The notes beneath the pieces are model-generated. The model had not been told where the DNA came from, did no database searches, and saw only the letters and a program-made list of their open reading frames with translations. A stretch of DNA of 64,000 nt, taken from an uncultured Bacteriovoracaceae bacterium (GTDB lineage Bacteria > Bdellovibrionota > Bacteriovoracia > Bacteriovoracales > Bacteriovoracaceae). This document shows, one piece after another, positions 39,132 to 49,395 of this stretch; position 1 is the first letter of the stretch; every line of letters starts with the position of its first letter. The stretch covers positions 64,001-128,000 of the forward strand of contig CAXGUD010000006.1 of NCBI GenBank assembly GCA_964012805.1, given 5' to 3'. A program made the translations under genes and the position numbers.

Positions 39132-39908
39132 CTAAATTAGGTTCCAAACAAGCATCATTGAAGCCCCATCGTTAATATTTTTACCATTAACGTACTCTGC
39201 TGCTCTATTTCTGTCCTGAACAATCCACGACCTATTAACTTCTGCTCTAATGATTCCATTCCAAGGGAGGTGAGGAATAACTATTGAAACAGAAGCACTC
39301 CTATAAGCTTCACCGGAAACCCCTGAAGGCCCGTAGATATATTGGTTGGCCTGTTTGTCACCGATCCCCATTTTTAGGTGGAGCCCAGTGTAGGGGAGAA
39401 GGGGGAGACCCGCTTCCAATTCACTGAAATGTCCATAATGGTATTTAATCTCTTTATAGATTGAAAAACCAAGATAAAATGAATTTCTAAAGCCAAATTT
39501 ATAGCGGAATTTAGTAGAGGCTTCTACTGTGCTTTTTCGTTGATTTCTATAATCTTCTTTGTGGTCACTAGTATCAGGCCAGGGTTCCCCATCATCAAAG
39601 TACGAAACGCCAGCAGTCAAGAGAAAGGAAGAGGTTCTTGGAAAGTGGCTGTAAAAAAGACCTGGTCCCCTAAGAAGCCATTTATCAAAAAAGATAAGGC
39701 TTGGTCCCACAAAATAGCTCGGCTCAGGCCAAGTTTCAGCTCCTCGAAAAACGCTTTTATTTTTATAAAAAGAAGAAAGAGACACCCGAATTGGTTTTGT
39801 TTCCGTTAAAGTGGTCTCTTCTTGAGCTTTTAAGCTGATGGAAAAGGTAAAGAAGAAAAGTCCTGCGGCACCTACAAAGCGCATTAAAGTACGAGTTAAA
39901 AAGGTCAA
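39132..39908 (-). CDS. MipA/OmpV-like outer membrane protein
   Basis: Signal peptide, beta-strand pattern, RKSTVEA and ANQYIYG segments as in MipA-like proteins. Confidence 0.6.
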   Translation of the reverse strand: MTFLTRTLMRFVGAAGLFFFTFSISLKAQEETTLTETKPIRVSLSSFYKNKSVFRGAETWPEPSYFVGPSLIFFDKWLLRGPGLFYSHFPRTSSFLLTAGVSYFDDGEPWPDTSDHKEDYRNQRKSTVEASTKFRYKFGFRNSFYLGFSIYKEIKYHYGHFSELEAGLPLLPYTGLHLKMGIGDKQANQYIYGPSGVSGEAYRSASVSIVIPHLPWNGIIRAEVNRSWIVQDRNRAAEYVNGKNINDGASMMLVWNLI

Positions 39909-39973
39909 GAGTCCTCCTTTTTCTTTAAGTTTTAAGAGTAAAGAAAAAGGAGTCTCCTGACAAAACTTTTCCT

Positions 39974-41569
39974 CTAGTGTCCGCTGGCACCATAGTTTGG
40001 TAGGGCCCTGGCGCTTGGGTCAGTGACGTTACAATTGCTCCAAGAGTTGTTGGGCATCCAGAAGTCTTTAATGAGAGAGGCCTTTCCTTCATAGAATTCT
40101 TCAAAATGGTTTCGGTAAAGTAATGATTCTTTCGTGAAGGGAGGACAATAGCTAAATTCTTCTTTGGCCATTTGAACATCTTGGTCTGTGTAGAGGCCCT
40201 CTGCGTGCAGTTTTAAAAAGTCAACCAGGCTATGTCCAACAGCATCGCTAAAGGCAGCTTTTTCTCTATAAAGAATACTTTTTGGAAGGTAGCCGCCTTT
40301 TTCAAAGGCCTTTCTCAGAAGGTGTTTCCCAACTCCTGTTGTATTCATTTTTAGTTGAGGTCTAATGGCCATGACATATTCGACAAATTCTTTATCTCCA
40401 AAGGGAACTCTTGCTTCGATTGAATGGGCACTTAAGCAGCGGTCTGCCCTTAAAACGTCATACATATAAATTTCATCAATTCTCTTTTTTGCCTCCTTTT
40501 GAAACTCTTCTTCCGAGGGAGCAAAATCAGTGTATTTATAGCCAAAAAGCTCATCACTTACCTCTCCTGTAAGAAGGACTTTAATGTTTGTCTTCTCTCG
40601 AATGTATTTACAAACAAGATACATACCAATAGATGCCCTAATGGTTGTGATGTCCCAGGTTTCAAGGTGGTAAATAACGCTCTTTAAGGCATTCAAAGCG
40701 TCCTGCTTTGATATAACAACTTCCGTATGATCGGCCCCCAAAAAGTCAGAAACTTCCTTGGCATATTTTAAGTCTATCGCATCACTTTCCATACCAATGG
40801 CAAAGGTACGGATAGGAGTTTTTTGAAGCCTGGAGGCAATGGCACAAACAAGGCTTGAATCTAACCCACCACTCAAAAGGAAGCCTAGGGGAGCATCAGA
40901 GCGGAGCCTTTTTTCAACGGCTTTAGTTAAAAGGGAGTTAATAGAAGAGAGTGTTTTGTCTAGGCAAGGCCCATGAAATCTTTTAGGGGATGTTCCTTCC
41001 CAATACCTTTTAAAATCAGATCCATCGAAATAATGACCTGGAGGAAAAGGCGATACTTTCGAGCAAATATCTAAAAGTGCTTTTGCTTCAGAGGCGAAGG
41101 CCATCTTTCCATCTTTTAAAAAACCATAAAAAAGTGGTCTAATTCCAATAGGGTCTCTGGCGGCCATCAACTTCTTTTTTTCCTGATCATAAAGGACGAA
41201 AGCAAATTCCCCATCGATCATAGAAATCATTTCTTTTAAACCATGCTCCCTGTAAAGAGGAAGAATTATTTCGCAGTCAGATTTTGAGGTGTATGGATAT
41301 TGAGTGACGGATCTTAAGGTGGGTTCGTTATAAATTTCACCATTACAAACAAGGTGGAGGAGTTTTGTGTGATCTTTAAAGGGCTGGTTTCCACTAGGGT
41401 TTAGGTCTACAACTGCTAAACGGCTAAAAAACATAGAGACTTCCAAATTAGTATCAGTACTTCTATAAGCATCAGGTCCTCGATGGTTTAATATTTTGGA
41501 AATTTCTTTGATATTCTTTTTTGAAGAGGTTTCTACCTGACTGTTTTCAACAACTAAAAAACCACACAT
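39974..41569 (-). CDS. asnB: asparagine synthetase B (glutamine-hydrolysing)
   Basis: MCG N-terminus, HRGPD, NGEIYN, RDPIGIRPL, LSGGLDSS, TTIRAS, GEVSDE, EARVPF. Confidence 0.96.
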   Translation of the reverse strand: MCGFLVVENSQVETSSKKNIKEISKILNHRGPDAYRSTDTNLEVSMFFSRLAVVDLNPSGNQPFKDHTKLLHLVCNGEIYNEPTLRSVTQYPYTSKSDCEIILPLYREHGLKEMISMIDGEFAFVLYDQEKKKLMAARDPIGIRPLFYGFLKDGKMAFASEAKALLDICSKVSPFPPGHYFDGSDFKRYWEGTSPKRFHGPCLDKTLSSINSLLTKAVEKRLRSDAPLGFLLSGGLDSSLVCAIASRLQKTPIRTFAIGMESDAIDLKYAKEVSDFLGADHTEVVISKQDALNALKSVIYHLETWDITTIRASIGMYLVCKYIREKTNIKVLLTGEVSDELFGYKYTDFAPSEEEFQKEAKKRIDEIYMYDVLRADRCLSAHSIEARVPFGDKEFVEYVMAIRPQLKMNTTGVGKHLLRKAFEKGGYLPKSILYREKAAFSDAVGHSLVDFLKLHAEGLYTDQDVQMAKEEFSYCPPFTKESLLYRNHFEEFYEGKASLIKDFWMPNNSWSNCNVTDPSARALPNYGASGH

Positions 41570-41795
41570 AACGACGTTCCTTTGGTTAGGTTATGCAAGA
41601 ATGTTAAATAAAATACGGCATAAATAAAGAATTAATAAGTTATTAACTTTATTTTTATTATATTAATAATTAATGGGCTTTTATTTTAGTTAAAATTAAT
41701 TATTGATGCTTTATTGGACATCTCTTTTGAGAGTTTCATAATAGGTGAGTGGCCTTAAATGTTTCTAAACTAGAAAAAGTTTTTTAAGGTCCACT

Positions 41796-42935
41796 ATGGA
41801 GTTTTTTATGAGAGATCAGTTTGTTTTTTTTAAAAACTTTTTAAATATGGCCTTTTGGCTGGGTCCTCTTTCTTCTGATGAAAAAAAACCTGGCGGTTTT
41901 AAGAGAAAAGAGCTTGTTATACCTGTAAAAGACCGGTCCATTAAGGCATGGCTTTATATCCCCAATGGAAAAATTCAAGGCGTGTTTTTAATGGCACCAG
42001 GGTTTCACTTTCTAGGACCAGCAGATGAGCGTTTTGTCCGCTTTAACTCTATTTTAGCAAGCTCTGGTTTTATGCTCCTTTGTCCTTTTATAGAGGATTA
42101 CCTAGATATGAAAGTGCTTCCAAGAACGGAGGATGACTTTAAAGCTTGCTTCGATGTCCTTGAGTCTTTACCAGAAAAACCCCGTAAAATGAAACCTGGT
42201 GTTTTTAGCATTAGTTTTGGGTCACTCCTGGCAGTTCGATTGGCCGGACACAAAAATTATAAGGACCGGGTTGGAGGTCTCTCTATTTTTGGAGGCTATG
42301 CTAATTGGGATGAGACCCTAAGATATTTTTTAAGTGGAGACGCTGAGGGAGAGTTTGTTCAAAATAGAGATCCTCTTTGCAGGCCAGCTGTTTTTTTAAA
42401 TTTGTTAGATAGTATAGAGCCAAAACCTGAAGACCCGGAAGCTTTGAGAGAGGCTTGGGTTGAGTATATAAAAAAAACCTGGCCTGATCCTCTGTATTTA
42501 GAAAATGACAGATACAAGGATTGTGCTAGGGAAATGAGTAAGAGCTTGGAAGAGTCCAAAAGGGATTTATTTTTAAAGGGTTGTCTTCCTGGTCGTGAAG
42601 GACTTGACACTGCTTTAAACGCCCTCGATAAAATGAAAGAAAAGTGGGATTATTTAGATCCACTTGCCTACGCAAAAGATATACATTGTCCCGTGACAAT
42701 TATTCATGGAAAAGATGATGGTGTTATTCCTGTAAATCAGGTATACCGCTTTAAACAGGCCCTGAGACATAATAAGAATGTAACGACTTGTGTAACGGGA
42801 CTATTTTCTCATAGCCAAAATGAAGGCCAGGAGAACTTGGCTACAAAGGTGACGATTTTAGGCAAAGAGCTTATAATGATGGTAAGAATTTTAAAAAGCT
42901 TCTTCCTTATGGGAGGGGATAAAGGAGAGTCGTAA
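41796..42935 (+). CDS. alpha/beta fold hydrolase
   Basis: PGFH oxyanion region, SISFG nucleophile elbow, HGKDDGVIP, C-terminal FSH. Confidence 0.8.
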   Translation: MEFFMRDQFVFFKNFLNMAFWLGPLSSDEKKPGGFKRKELVIPVKDRSIKAWLYIPNGKIQGVFLMAPGFHFLGPADERFVRFNSILASSGFMLLCPFIEDYLDMKVLPRTEDDFKACFDVLESLPEKPRKMKPGVFSISFGSLLAVRLAGHKNYKDRVGGLSIFGGYANWDETLRYFLSGDAEGEFVQNRDPLCRPAVFLNLLDSIEPKPEDPEALREAWVEYIKKTWPDPLYLENDRYKDCAREMSKSLEESKRDLFLKGCLPGREGLDTALNALDKMKEKWDYLDPLAYAKDIHCPVTIIHGKDDGVIPVNQVYRFKQALRHNKNVTTCVTGLFSHSQNEGQENLATKVTILGKELIMMVRILKSFFLMGGDKGES

Positions 42936-42936
42936 C

Positions 42937-43422
42937 ATGGCCAAAAATATATATGATTTCAAAGTAAAAAATATAAAGGGAGAAGATAAGAGCCTCAAAG
43001 ATTATGAGGGTAAAGTTCTTTTAATTGTAAATGTCGCAAGTAAATGCGGTTTTACACCTCAATATAAAGAGCTCGAAGAAATGCATAAAGAGCTTTCTGA
43101 AAAAGGTCTTTGCATTTTAGGCTTTCCTTGCAATCAATTCGGCGCTCAAGAACCTGGGAGCGAAGAGGACATTCAAAGTTTTTGTTCAACAAACTATGGA
43201 GTCACTTTTGATATGTTTTCAAAAGTAGAGGTTAACGGCCCTAATGAAGTCCCTCTTTATAGTTATTTAAAAGAAGCTTGCCCGGGGATTCTCAATACAA
43301 CTGGTATTAAGTGGAATTTTACAAAATTTTTAATTGATAAAGAGGGAAAGGCCGTGAAGAGGTTCGCTCCTAACGATAAACCTTTTTCAATTGTTGAACA
43401 CATAGAAAAGCTACTTCCTTAA
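42937..43422 (+). CDS. glutathione peroxidase (Cys type, BtuE/Gpx)
   Basis: VNVASKCG, GFPCNQF, IKWNFTKFL. Confidence 0.96.
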   Translation: MAKNIYDFKVKNIKGEDKSLKDYEGKVLLIVNVASKCGFTPQYKELEEMHKELSEKGLCILGFPCNQFGAQEPGSEEDIQSFCSTNYGVTFDMFSKVEVNGPNEVPLYSYLKEACPGILNTTGIKWNFTKFLIDKEGKAVKRFAPNDKPFSIVEHIEKLLP

Positions 43423-43447
43423 AGCTTTATGAGATGAAAAACCAAAT

Positions 43448-43759
43448 TCATTGATTTATGATAAGGTAGAAGTATTTTCCGTTGGATTCATAATGAGTAG
43501 AAAACCCATATTCGAGAAGGTGCTCTCTAACTTTTTTTATGGCCTTCTCTTGTTCATGTAAATTTCCGTTTAAGTTTTTCCAGATCATTTCACTGTTATT
43601 CATTTCAAGGAGTAATTGTAACATATTAGAAGTTGAAAGAACTTGACCATCTTTACCAGCAAAAATGTAATCAAGTTTTTTGTCCTGGACAAATTTCAAC
43701 ATTTTTCTTGAAAAAGCACATGAGCTTTTATTCATATAAATTAATTTATACAAGGCCAT
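43448..43759 (-). CDS. hypothetical protein, possibly the 3' remnant of a degraded gene
   Basis: 103-aa ORF; upstream 43760-43885 reads as coding-like sequence in another frame with an internal stop. Confidence 0.35.
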   Translation of the reverse strand: MALYKLIYMNKSSCAFSRKMLKFVQDKKLDYIFAGKDGQVLSTSNMLQLLLEMNNSEMIWKNLNGNLHEQEKAIKKVREHLLEYGFSTHYESNGKYFYLIINQ

Positions 43760-44009
43760 AATTTTATGGTTCTTTGATTGGGGATAACGATTTTAAATGC
43801 TTTTTCTTTACCTGATCCGTGAAACTCACCCTCTTTTTTTTCTTAAATATAAAGAAGGCCTTCTTTTTCAATCCCATGAGCCACAGTTAATTTTTAGATT
43901 CCAAATATTAACTCATAAATCGATTTAATAGGATGCTTTACTTTGATTTAGTAAAAAGAGGGTCATAGTGTCATCTGGGCCCAAAGTAGAGAGGACCTGT
44001 TTAATAGTT

Positions 44010-44753
44010 TTAATAAGCAGTATATCTATCCATCATATATTTAACCCCTTTAACTGGTTTTGTAAGAAGTTTTAGGATTTCTTGTTTAGAAATAAATTGA
44101 TAAGTCTCATTCCAACTTTTTTCAATTTCAATTAACTGTTTTTCGTCATAGGACTTAAGGAAACTTTTTATCTCCCATTTAGGAGATGTGCTTAACTCTT
44201 CTTTTCTATGCATAAACAAGTTCTTTTTGAAGAAAAATTTTGACTCTAAAACGAGGCCTTTTGGTTTTTTAAAATAAATATCTTTTCTAGAAATAGAACC
44301 TTTCCTAAAAAAGTCAGGTTTTTGGTAAGGACGCATAACGCCTAAAAAACCTAGCTTTGTTGAGTAAAGTCGTTTTTCTGAATATTGAGGGCCTTCGTTA
44401 TTGTAAGGGGCATCGCTAGGTTTGATTCCTTGGCACTCTTCTTTTGGAATTTGTTCATAAGTTCTTTCCCTAAAGGTTTGGACTAAATTACCTCTCATCC
44501 CCAAAATAGTTTCTTTTTCTGTAACAATAACCTGGCATTTTGTGTTTTTAGAGTTTTTATTTGGGTATGTTTCTTTAATAACCCTTTGCATTCCAGGGGC
44601 CATTTCATTTTTTGCAAATTTTCCAAGAGCAGCGTTGTAATGGACCGCCCATTCACCATAATTGACTTTTTCAATGCTTTTTTGTGAGCATGAAAAAGTA
44701 AGGGTCAGAGAGACCAAGACAGTAATAAAGCCTTTAACTTTGACATGACTCAT
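44010..44753 (-). CDS. hypothetical lipoprotein
   Basis: Lipobox TFSC, GGAG RBS. Confidence 0.7.
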   Translation of the reverse strand: MSHVKVKGFITVLVSLTLTFSCSQKSIEKVNYGEWAVHYNAALGKFAKNEMAPGMQRVIKETYPNKNSKNTKCQVIVTEKETILGMRGNLVQTFRERTYEQIPKEECQGIKPSDAPYNNEGPQYSEKRLYSTKLGFLGVMRPYQKPDFFRKGSISRKDIYFKKPKGLVLESKFFFKKNLFMHRKEELSTSPKWEIKSFLKSYDEKQLIEIEKSWNETYQFISKQEILKLLTKPVKGVKYMMDRYTAY

Positions 44754-44961
44754 TTTTTCTCTCCAAGTCTAGATTTTTTGAAGCAAAGTACCAAGAATTT
44801 TTACACTTTTATAGACCCAATTTAAAGGGCAATAATGAATTTTTCAAACGATTTGGAGGTCTGCTTTCTAAGGCCGGTGGCTGCCACTATACTGGAAAAT
44901 TTTGGTACACCGTTTCTTTTGCGTTTAGTCGTTTTAAGTAGGAAGTAATAATCCAGCTTTT

Positions 44962-45453
44962 TTACTCTTTTGGAATTTTTTTGTTAATCGAGTCAGTAAT
45001 AACCCAAAGAAGTATTGTGATTAAAAAGTATGATCCAGTAGAAAGCCATGCCAAGCTAATTTCATTGAGGCCACAAGCGATTCCGCAAACGATGCTAAAG
45101 AGGACGTTTGAGTTTGACATATTTAAAGCGAGTTTTACTCGAAACCTAATAAGAGCAATGGCCGCACCAATGGCAAAGGCCCTGGCCAAGTTATTATTGA
45201 CAAGGATCATGACTGAAGTCATTCCCATGCAAAGATATAAAATATTAACGGTTCCTAAAATAAGTTCGATCTTCTCTTCACTAGGTCCATCTGGATCTTT
45301 TAGAAGGTTTCTGTTTGTGAGGTAAGTAATGATGCAAAGAAGAGTGGCAATTAAAAAGGAATTCCCTAAAATGAAAAGAAGGTCATTAAGGCTATAGCCG
45401 ATAACAATGTTTTGGGTAGAAGCGAGACTTCTTGAAATCAAATTTTGCCCCAT
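44962..45453 (-). CDS. DUF4956 family membrane protein
   Basis: VNNNLARAFAIGAAIALIRFR, GIACG. Confidence 0.85.
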   Translation of the reverse strand: MGQNLISRSLASTQNIVIGYSLNDLLFILGNSFLIATLLCIITYLTNRNLLKDPDGPSEEKIELILGTVNILYLCMGMTSVMILVNNNLARAFAIGAAIALIRFRVKLALNMSNSNVLFSIVCGIACGLNEISLAWLSTGSYFLITILLWVITDSINKKIPKE

Positions 45454-45492
45454 TATTTTCCTATTTTTATTCTTAAAAATAACCTATTGAAC

Positions 45493-45520
45493 ATGTCGGT
45501 AATTTGCTCAAAAAACTTCA
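45493..45520 (-). promoter_or_regulatory. possible sigma-28-like promoter
   Basis: Minus strand TGAAGTTT-N12-ACCGACAT about 40 bp upstream of the DUF4956 gene. Confidence 0.4.
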
Positions 45521-45737
45521 GTGAAAAAAATAAATTTTATTCATTTCATTTAAATTTCTAGCAAAAATCGCTTTTTGGATGAACTTTTCTTACTTTTATA
45601 TTTCAAAATGTTGATTTTCGTCTTCTAAGGGGAGCCATGAGGAGGTCAACTCTTGATGATCAAATCTTGACCAATTGATGCTAAGCCAAAAAAAAATTAA
45701 AATCTAGTTAATAAAAATATACGACTTGAGGTAGCAA

Positions 45738-47570
45738 ATGTTAAAAGGAACATCTTTTATTTCAAAATTAATTATTACTTTATTTATTTTTATAAGTTCA
45801 AAGGTTTATTCATTTGATGAAGCGGAAGACAGGTTAAAAAAGCTTATACCAAAAAATAACGTCATTTTAAAAGATGCCGGTTTGATGACTAACGACCTTG
45901 GGTTTTATTTTGTTTCTGATAATCAATTTAATAACTTTCTTGGTGACCCTCAGCTAATGAGGACAAAAATTGCTGATAGAATTGTGGTAGTTGCCATAAG
46001 GCCACCTAGGCTTGACCTTTTCGCTCCAGACATCTTAGAGCATACTATAAGGAAGCAAGGACCAGACAATTATATCATCCACCTTGGAGATGCTACCAAC
46101 ATCGCTTGCTGGAACGAATGGGATAAATTTACATACAGAATGCAACCTGAAATTTTAGGAAAGAAAATGCACAAAGGCTGGGTTATGGTTCCTGGTAACC
46201 ATGACTTTTTCTTTCTTGGAAACACGGCCGGCAGCCATTTCAGAAAATCGAGCGGTATTAAACAAACCTGGGCGGCAGCTTGTAATGACAAGGATTACCC
46301 CAATCAAAAACCTAAAAGACTTAAAAGCAGAATTTTAACGAAAGGGAACTTCATCACAGCTTATTTGGCTGAGCTTTCTAAGCAAAGTTCTTATTTCCCT
46401 CGTCTTAAAAAAGATTTCACTTTTAAATTAAAGGATGCCAAATGCCGTAAAACTAAAAAAGCAACCAGAATGGGATTAACTGAGCCAAAAACACACTTTG
46501 ACATTTGTGACTGGGAGTCCAAAAATCCTAAAAGCTTTCTTCAAAAGGTTCATTGGATGAAGCCTCTAAAAGATGACGTAAGGGTTGAGTATAGGGCACT
46601 TATGGTTCAAGAAGTCGCTTTAAACCCCCCAGGAACGAAGCCTTTCCACTATAGAGGAATTCTTCTTGATACACAGGATTACTATATAAATCCAAACCTC
46701 TACTTTAATAGAATCTTTGGTCGGTTCGCTAAATGGATTGGTAAAGTAAACCCAGGCGATCATGGAGCTGTTCAAAAGGGTCAGCAAGAACTTGTTAAGG
46801 GCTGGTTAAAAGAAAATAACAAAAAGCATGACCCTAATTCAACAGTTTATGTTTTTATGGGTCACCATCCTTTTGATACAATTCTTCCGTTGGGGCGTTT
46901 AAGAATGGGTGATATGTTTAATGATATTAAATATTATACTTACGTCTCAAGCCATACTCATTATGGCTATGTTAAAGAGCATAAGTATTTGCAGAAAAAC
47001 ATTCTAAGTGAACTTAATGTTGGGTCTGTTACAGACTGGGGAACCAAAGGAAGTCAGGTTGTTTACCCTAATCAAGCGATTAGAAATGGTGATAAAATTA
47101 CTATGCCAGTTTTCTTTAAAACAAACCATATGAAAAAACAACCGAAGGACATACAAGCTTTTTGTAAACCAGAATGGGATGCGAGAAATGATAAGAATGA
47201 AAAGCACGGTTATCTCGCTTATAACAAAGCTGGTTGGCTTCCTTCAGCTGCCCATGATAGGACTTTAGACCTTCTTATTAAGGCCTATGATGATATGTAC
47301 GCTAGGCTTGACCTCTCAAAATATGGACCAAAAACTCAAAAAGATATTAAAGAGGATTTGAGGCTTAGAAAAAAATATGATGCCGATTTTAAAAAGTCTT
47401 GTGGGATGTATAGAAAAAAATGCCGAAGACAAAAATTTCTTATGGCCCAAAGGTATTGGCTTACAGATCAGCAACATTATAAAAGGGATAAGGTTTACCA
47501 TGAAGACCGCATGAAATATGGAGTTTGCCAGGCAATATGGGCGAGTATGCAGGAAAATGAAACCTGGTAA
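45738..47570 (+). CDS. secreted calcineurin-like metallophosphoesterase
   Basis: Signal peptide; VSDNQ, HLGDATN, PGNHD, MGHHP, SSHTH. Confidence 0.85.
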   Translation: MLKGTSFISKLIITLFIFISSKVYSFDEAEDRLKKLIPKNNVILKDAGLMTNDLGFYFVSDNQFNNFLGDPQLMRTKIADRIVVVAIRPPRLDLFAPDILEHTIRKQGPDNYIIHLGDATNIACWNEWDKFTYRMQPEILGKKMHKGWVMVPGNHDFFFLGNTAGSHFRKSSGIKQTWAAACNDKDYPNQKPKRLKSRILTKGNFITAYLAELSKQSSYFPRLKKDFTFKLKDAKCRKTKKATRMGLTEPKTHFDICDWESKNPKSFLQKVHWMKPLKDDVRVEYRALMVQEVALNPPGTKPFHYRGILLDTQDYYINPNLYFNRIFGRFAKWIGKVNPGDHGAVQKGQQELVKGWLKENNKKHDPNSTVYVFMGHHPFDTILPLGRLRMGDMFNDIKYYTYVSSHTHYGYVKEHKYLQKNILSELNVGSVTDWGTKGSQVVYPNQAIRNGDKITMPVFFKTNHMKKQPKDIQAFCKPEWDARNDKNEKHGYLAYNKAGWLPSAAHDRTLDLLIKAYDDMYARLDLSKYGPKTQKDIKEDLRLRKKYDADFKKSCGMYRKKCRRQKFLMAQRYWLTDQQHYKRDKVYHEDRMKYGVCQAIWASMQENETW

Positions 47571-47634
47571 GACTTTTAATAAATGGTCTAACTTTGAACA
47601 ATTAAAGTAATTTTAACTTGAATATAATAAGTAT

Positions 47635-47669
47635 AAAAAAAGGGAATCAAATTGTGGTTCCCTTTTTTT
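47635..47669. terminator. bidirectional intrinsic terminator
   Basis: A7-GGGAATCA...TGGTTCCC-T7 between convergent genes. Confidence 0.75.
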
Positions 47670-47711
47670 ATTTAAGTAAATGAACCTTTGAAATAATTTA
47701 CTTATAACTTT

Positions 47712-49376
47712 TTAATTACACTTGGAAGTGTCTGGACCTAGTTTACATTTCTCGCAGCTTTTATAAAGGTCTATGGTGTTTCTCAGTCCTAAGGCCTTTC
47801 CCACCATTTCATAAAATTCCCACTCAGGAGTTTCGGTCATCCCATAAGTTCTCACAGGGCGCTTTTTAGATTTTGTTGTTTTTTGAAACCATTCTTCAAC
47901 TGTCATCTTTTTATTAATTTTTGAAAAAGCCTTTTTAAACTGACTTATGCCGTGGAACTTTTCTTCTGCTTGATGTTTAAACCATCCATTGGCAACGGCC
48001 TTGGCACCTTTATACATGACCCAATTGCCATTTTCATAATATTCCATAAAGTTATTCGCCAGATCGATTTGCTCTGCAACCATACTTGGTGAAATAAATA
48101 GGTCACCCGGTCTTTCTTTTAGAGGTGTCATCCAAGATGAGCCTATATAATTACCCTTTCCCTTACCTTCAATTAAAATATAGTTATAGTATTTAACGTT
48201 AAAGACCGAAGATGTATCTCTATAATAAGTTTCTTCTTGATACTTCATTTTAGAGTGAACCAAATAAACCTTAATACCTTTTTTAAGCTTTAAATTTTTA
48301 CCAAAGGCCCTTTTGAGGGTTTCTTTTTTTACTCGTGCCATGGCCTGAAGGAAAGATTTAGTGTCTTTAAAGGTCGTTTTTTTTACAATTTTTTTTAAAG
48401 CTTCATTGATATATTTAGGTTCACCCTTTCTAAGGGCCTTGATGCTTATGTCTGGATTGTTATAAACCTTTTCGAAGTAATACTGCTCAATTCTTTTAAT
48501 AAGCCTTAAGTCTTTATCACCTCTTTTTGCTTTAAGAATGGTAAAAGATTTCTCTCTATTACCTTCTATACTTTTAAATCCCGAAATAAGGCGGAAGGTC
48601 TCAACTTCATTTCTCGTGTGCTTAACTTGCCCTTCTCCAAGGTTGATATGATCCTGGCCTGCTTTGACTTTAAATTCCCCTTTAGCAATATCTTTTTCTG
48701 TTAATCGTTTTATATTTGATTCAATTGATATTACAGGCTGATTCCATACTTCAGGGCCTGAGTCCACATTGAGGACGACTCCAACCTTTTCTTTTTTCCA
48801 GACTTTTTCGTCCATATAATGGTGGAGTTTTTCATGAAGGATGTGGGCAGGAAAGTTTGACCTATTTAACTGGTCTTTGGCGAAGTAATATGCATTTTCT
48901 CTTTCTTCCAAAGGAGTGTAGTCTCTTTCCCCAGCATAATCTATATCCCAGCTTTTATAAAAGGCCGTGAAGAGTTCTTGCAGATCACCTTTAGTAAGTA
49001 TAACTCCACCCTTGCATTTTAATTTTTCGGCGCTAAGAAGGTAATTCTTTATAATCATATCATTATTTGAAGCACTCCACTGGTCGCACAGACCTTGCCA
49101 GCTCTCAGCTTCTTTTTTGTAAATATAATCTTTTAAAAACCCTTCAAGCTGAGTTTTGCTTTTACCATAGTTGATAGTAGCTAGGTCGAGCCGTTTGGCG
49201 GTCGTTGATTTCTTTTTTTCGCCCTTATTTTTATTTTTTTCTTGCGTGAGGGGACCATCAGAAAAGGGGAGGTAGCTTCCTGAATACCATCCAGGAGGAC
49301 CTTCATTTTTTATTGTGACTGAAAAGGCGTTCATACTCAAAATCAAAGTTAAAATAATAAGAAATTCCTTTTTCAT
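47712..49376 (-). CDS. secreted protein with transglutaminase-elicitor (GP42)-like motifs
   Basis: Signal peptide; WYSGSYLP, SWQGLCDQWSA, GDLQEL, PAHILH, EVWNQPV, Y.YIL, W...RPG. Confidence 0.65.
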   Translation of the reverse strand: MKKEFLIILTLILSMNAFSVTIKNEGPPGWYSGSYLPFSDGPLTQEKNKNKGEKKKSTTAKRLDLATINYGKSKTQLEGFLKDYIYKKEAESWQGLCDQWSASNNDMIIKNYLLSAEKLKCKGGVILTKGDLQELFTAFYKSWDIDYAGERDYTPLEERENAYYFAKDQLNRSNFPAHILHEKLHHYMDEKVWKKEKVGVVLNVDSGPEVWNQPVISIESNIKRLTEKDIAKGEFKVKAGQDHINLGEGQVKHTRNEVETFRLISGFKSIEGNREKSFTILKAKRGDKDLRLIKRIEQYYFEKVYNNPDISIKALRKGEPKYINEALKKIVKKTTFKDTKSFLQAMARVKKETLKRAFGKNLKLKKGIKVYLVHSKMKYQEETYYRDTSSVFNVKYYNYILIEGKGKGNYIGSSWMTPLKERPGDLFISPSMVAEQIDLANNFMEYYENGNWVMYKGAKAVANGWFKHQAEEKFHGISQFKKAFSKINKKMTVEEWFQKTTKSKKRPVRTYGMTETPEWEFYEMVGKALGLRNTIDLYKSCEKCKLGPDTSKCN

Positions 49377-49395
49377 TTATATCTCCATAAATTCT

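Noticed and set aside
42937..43422. Selenocysteine glutathione peroxidase
   Set aside because: Active-site codon is TGC (Cys); no in-frame TGA
44815..44948. Small ORF of about 37 codons (MNFSNDLEVCF...)
   Set aside because: No motif or other support for translation
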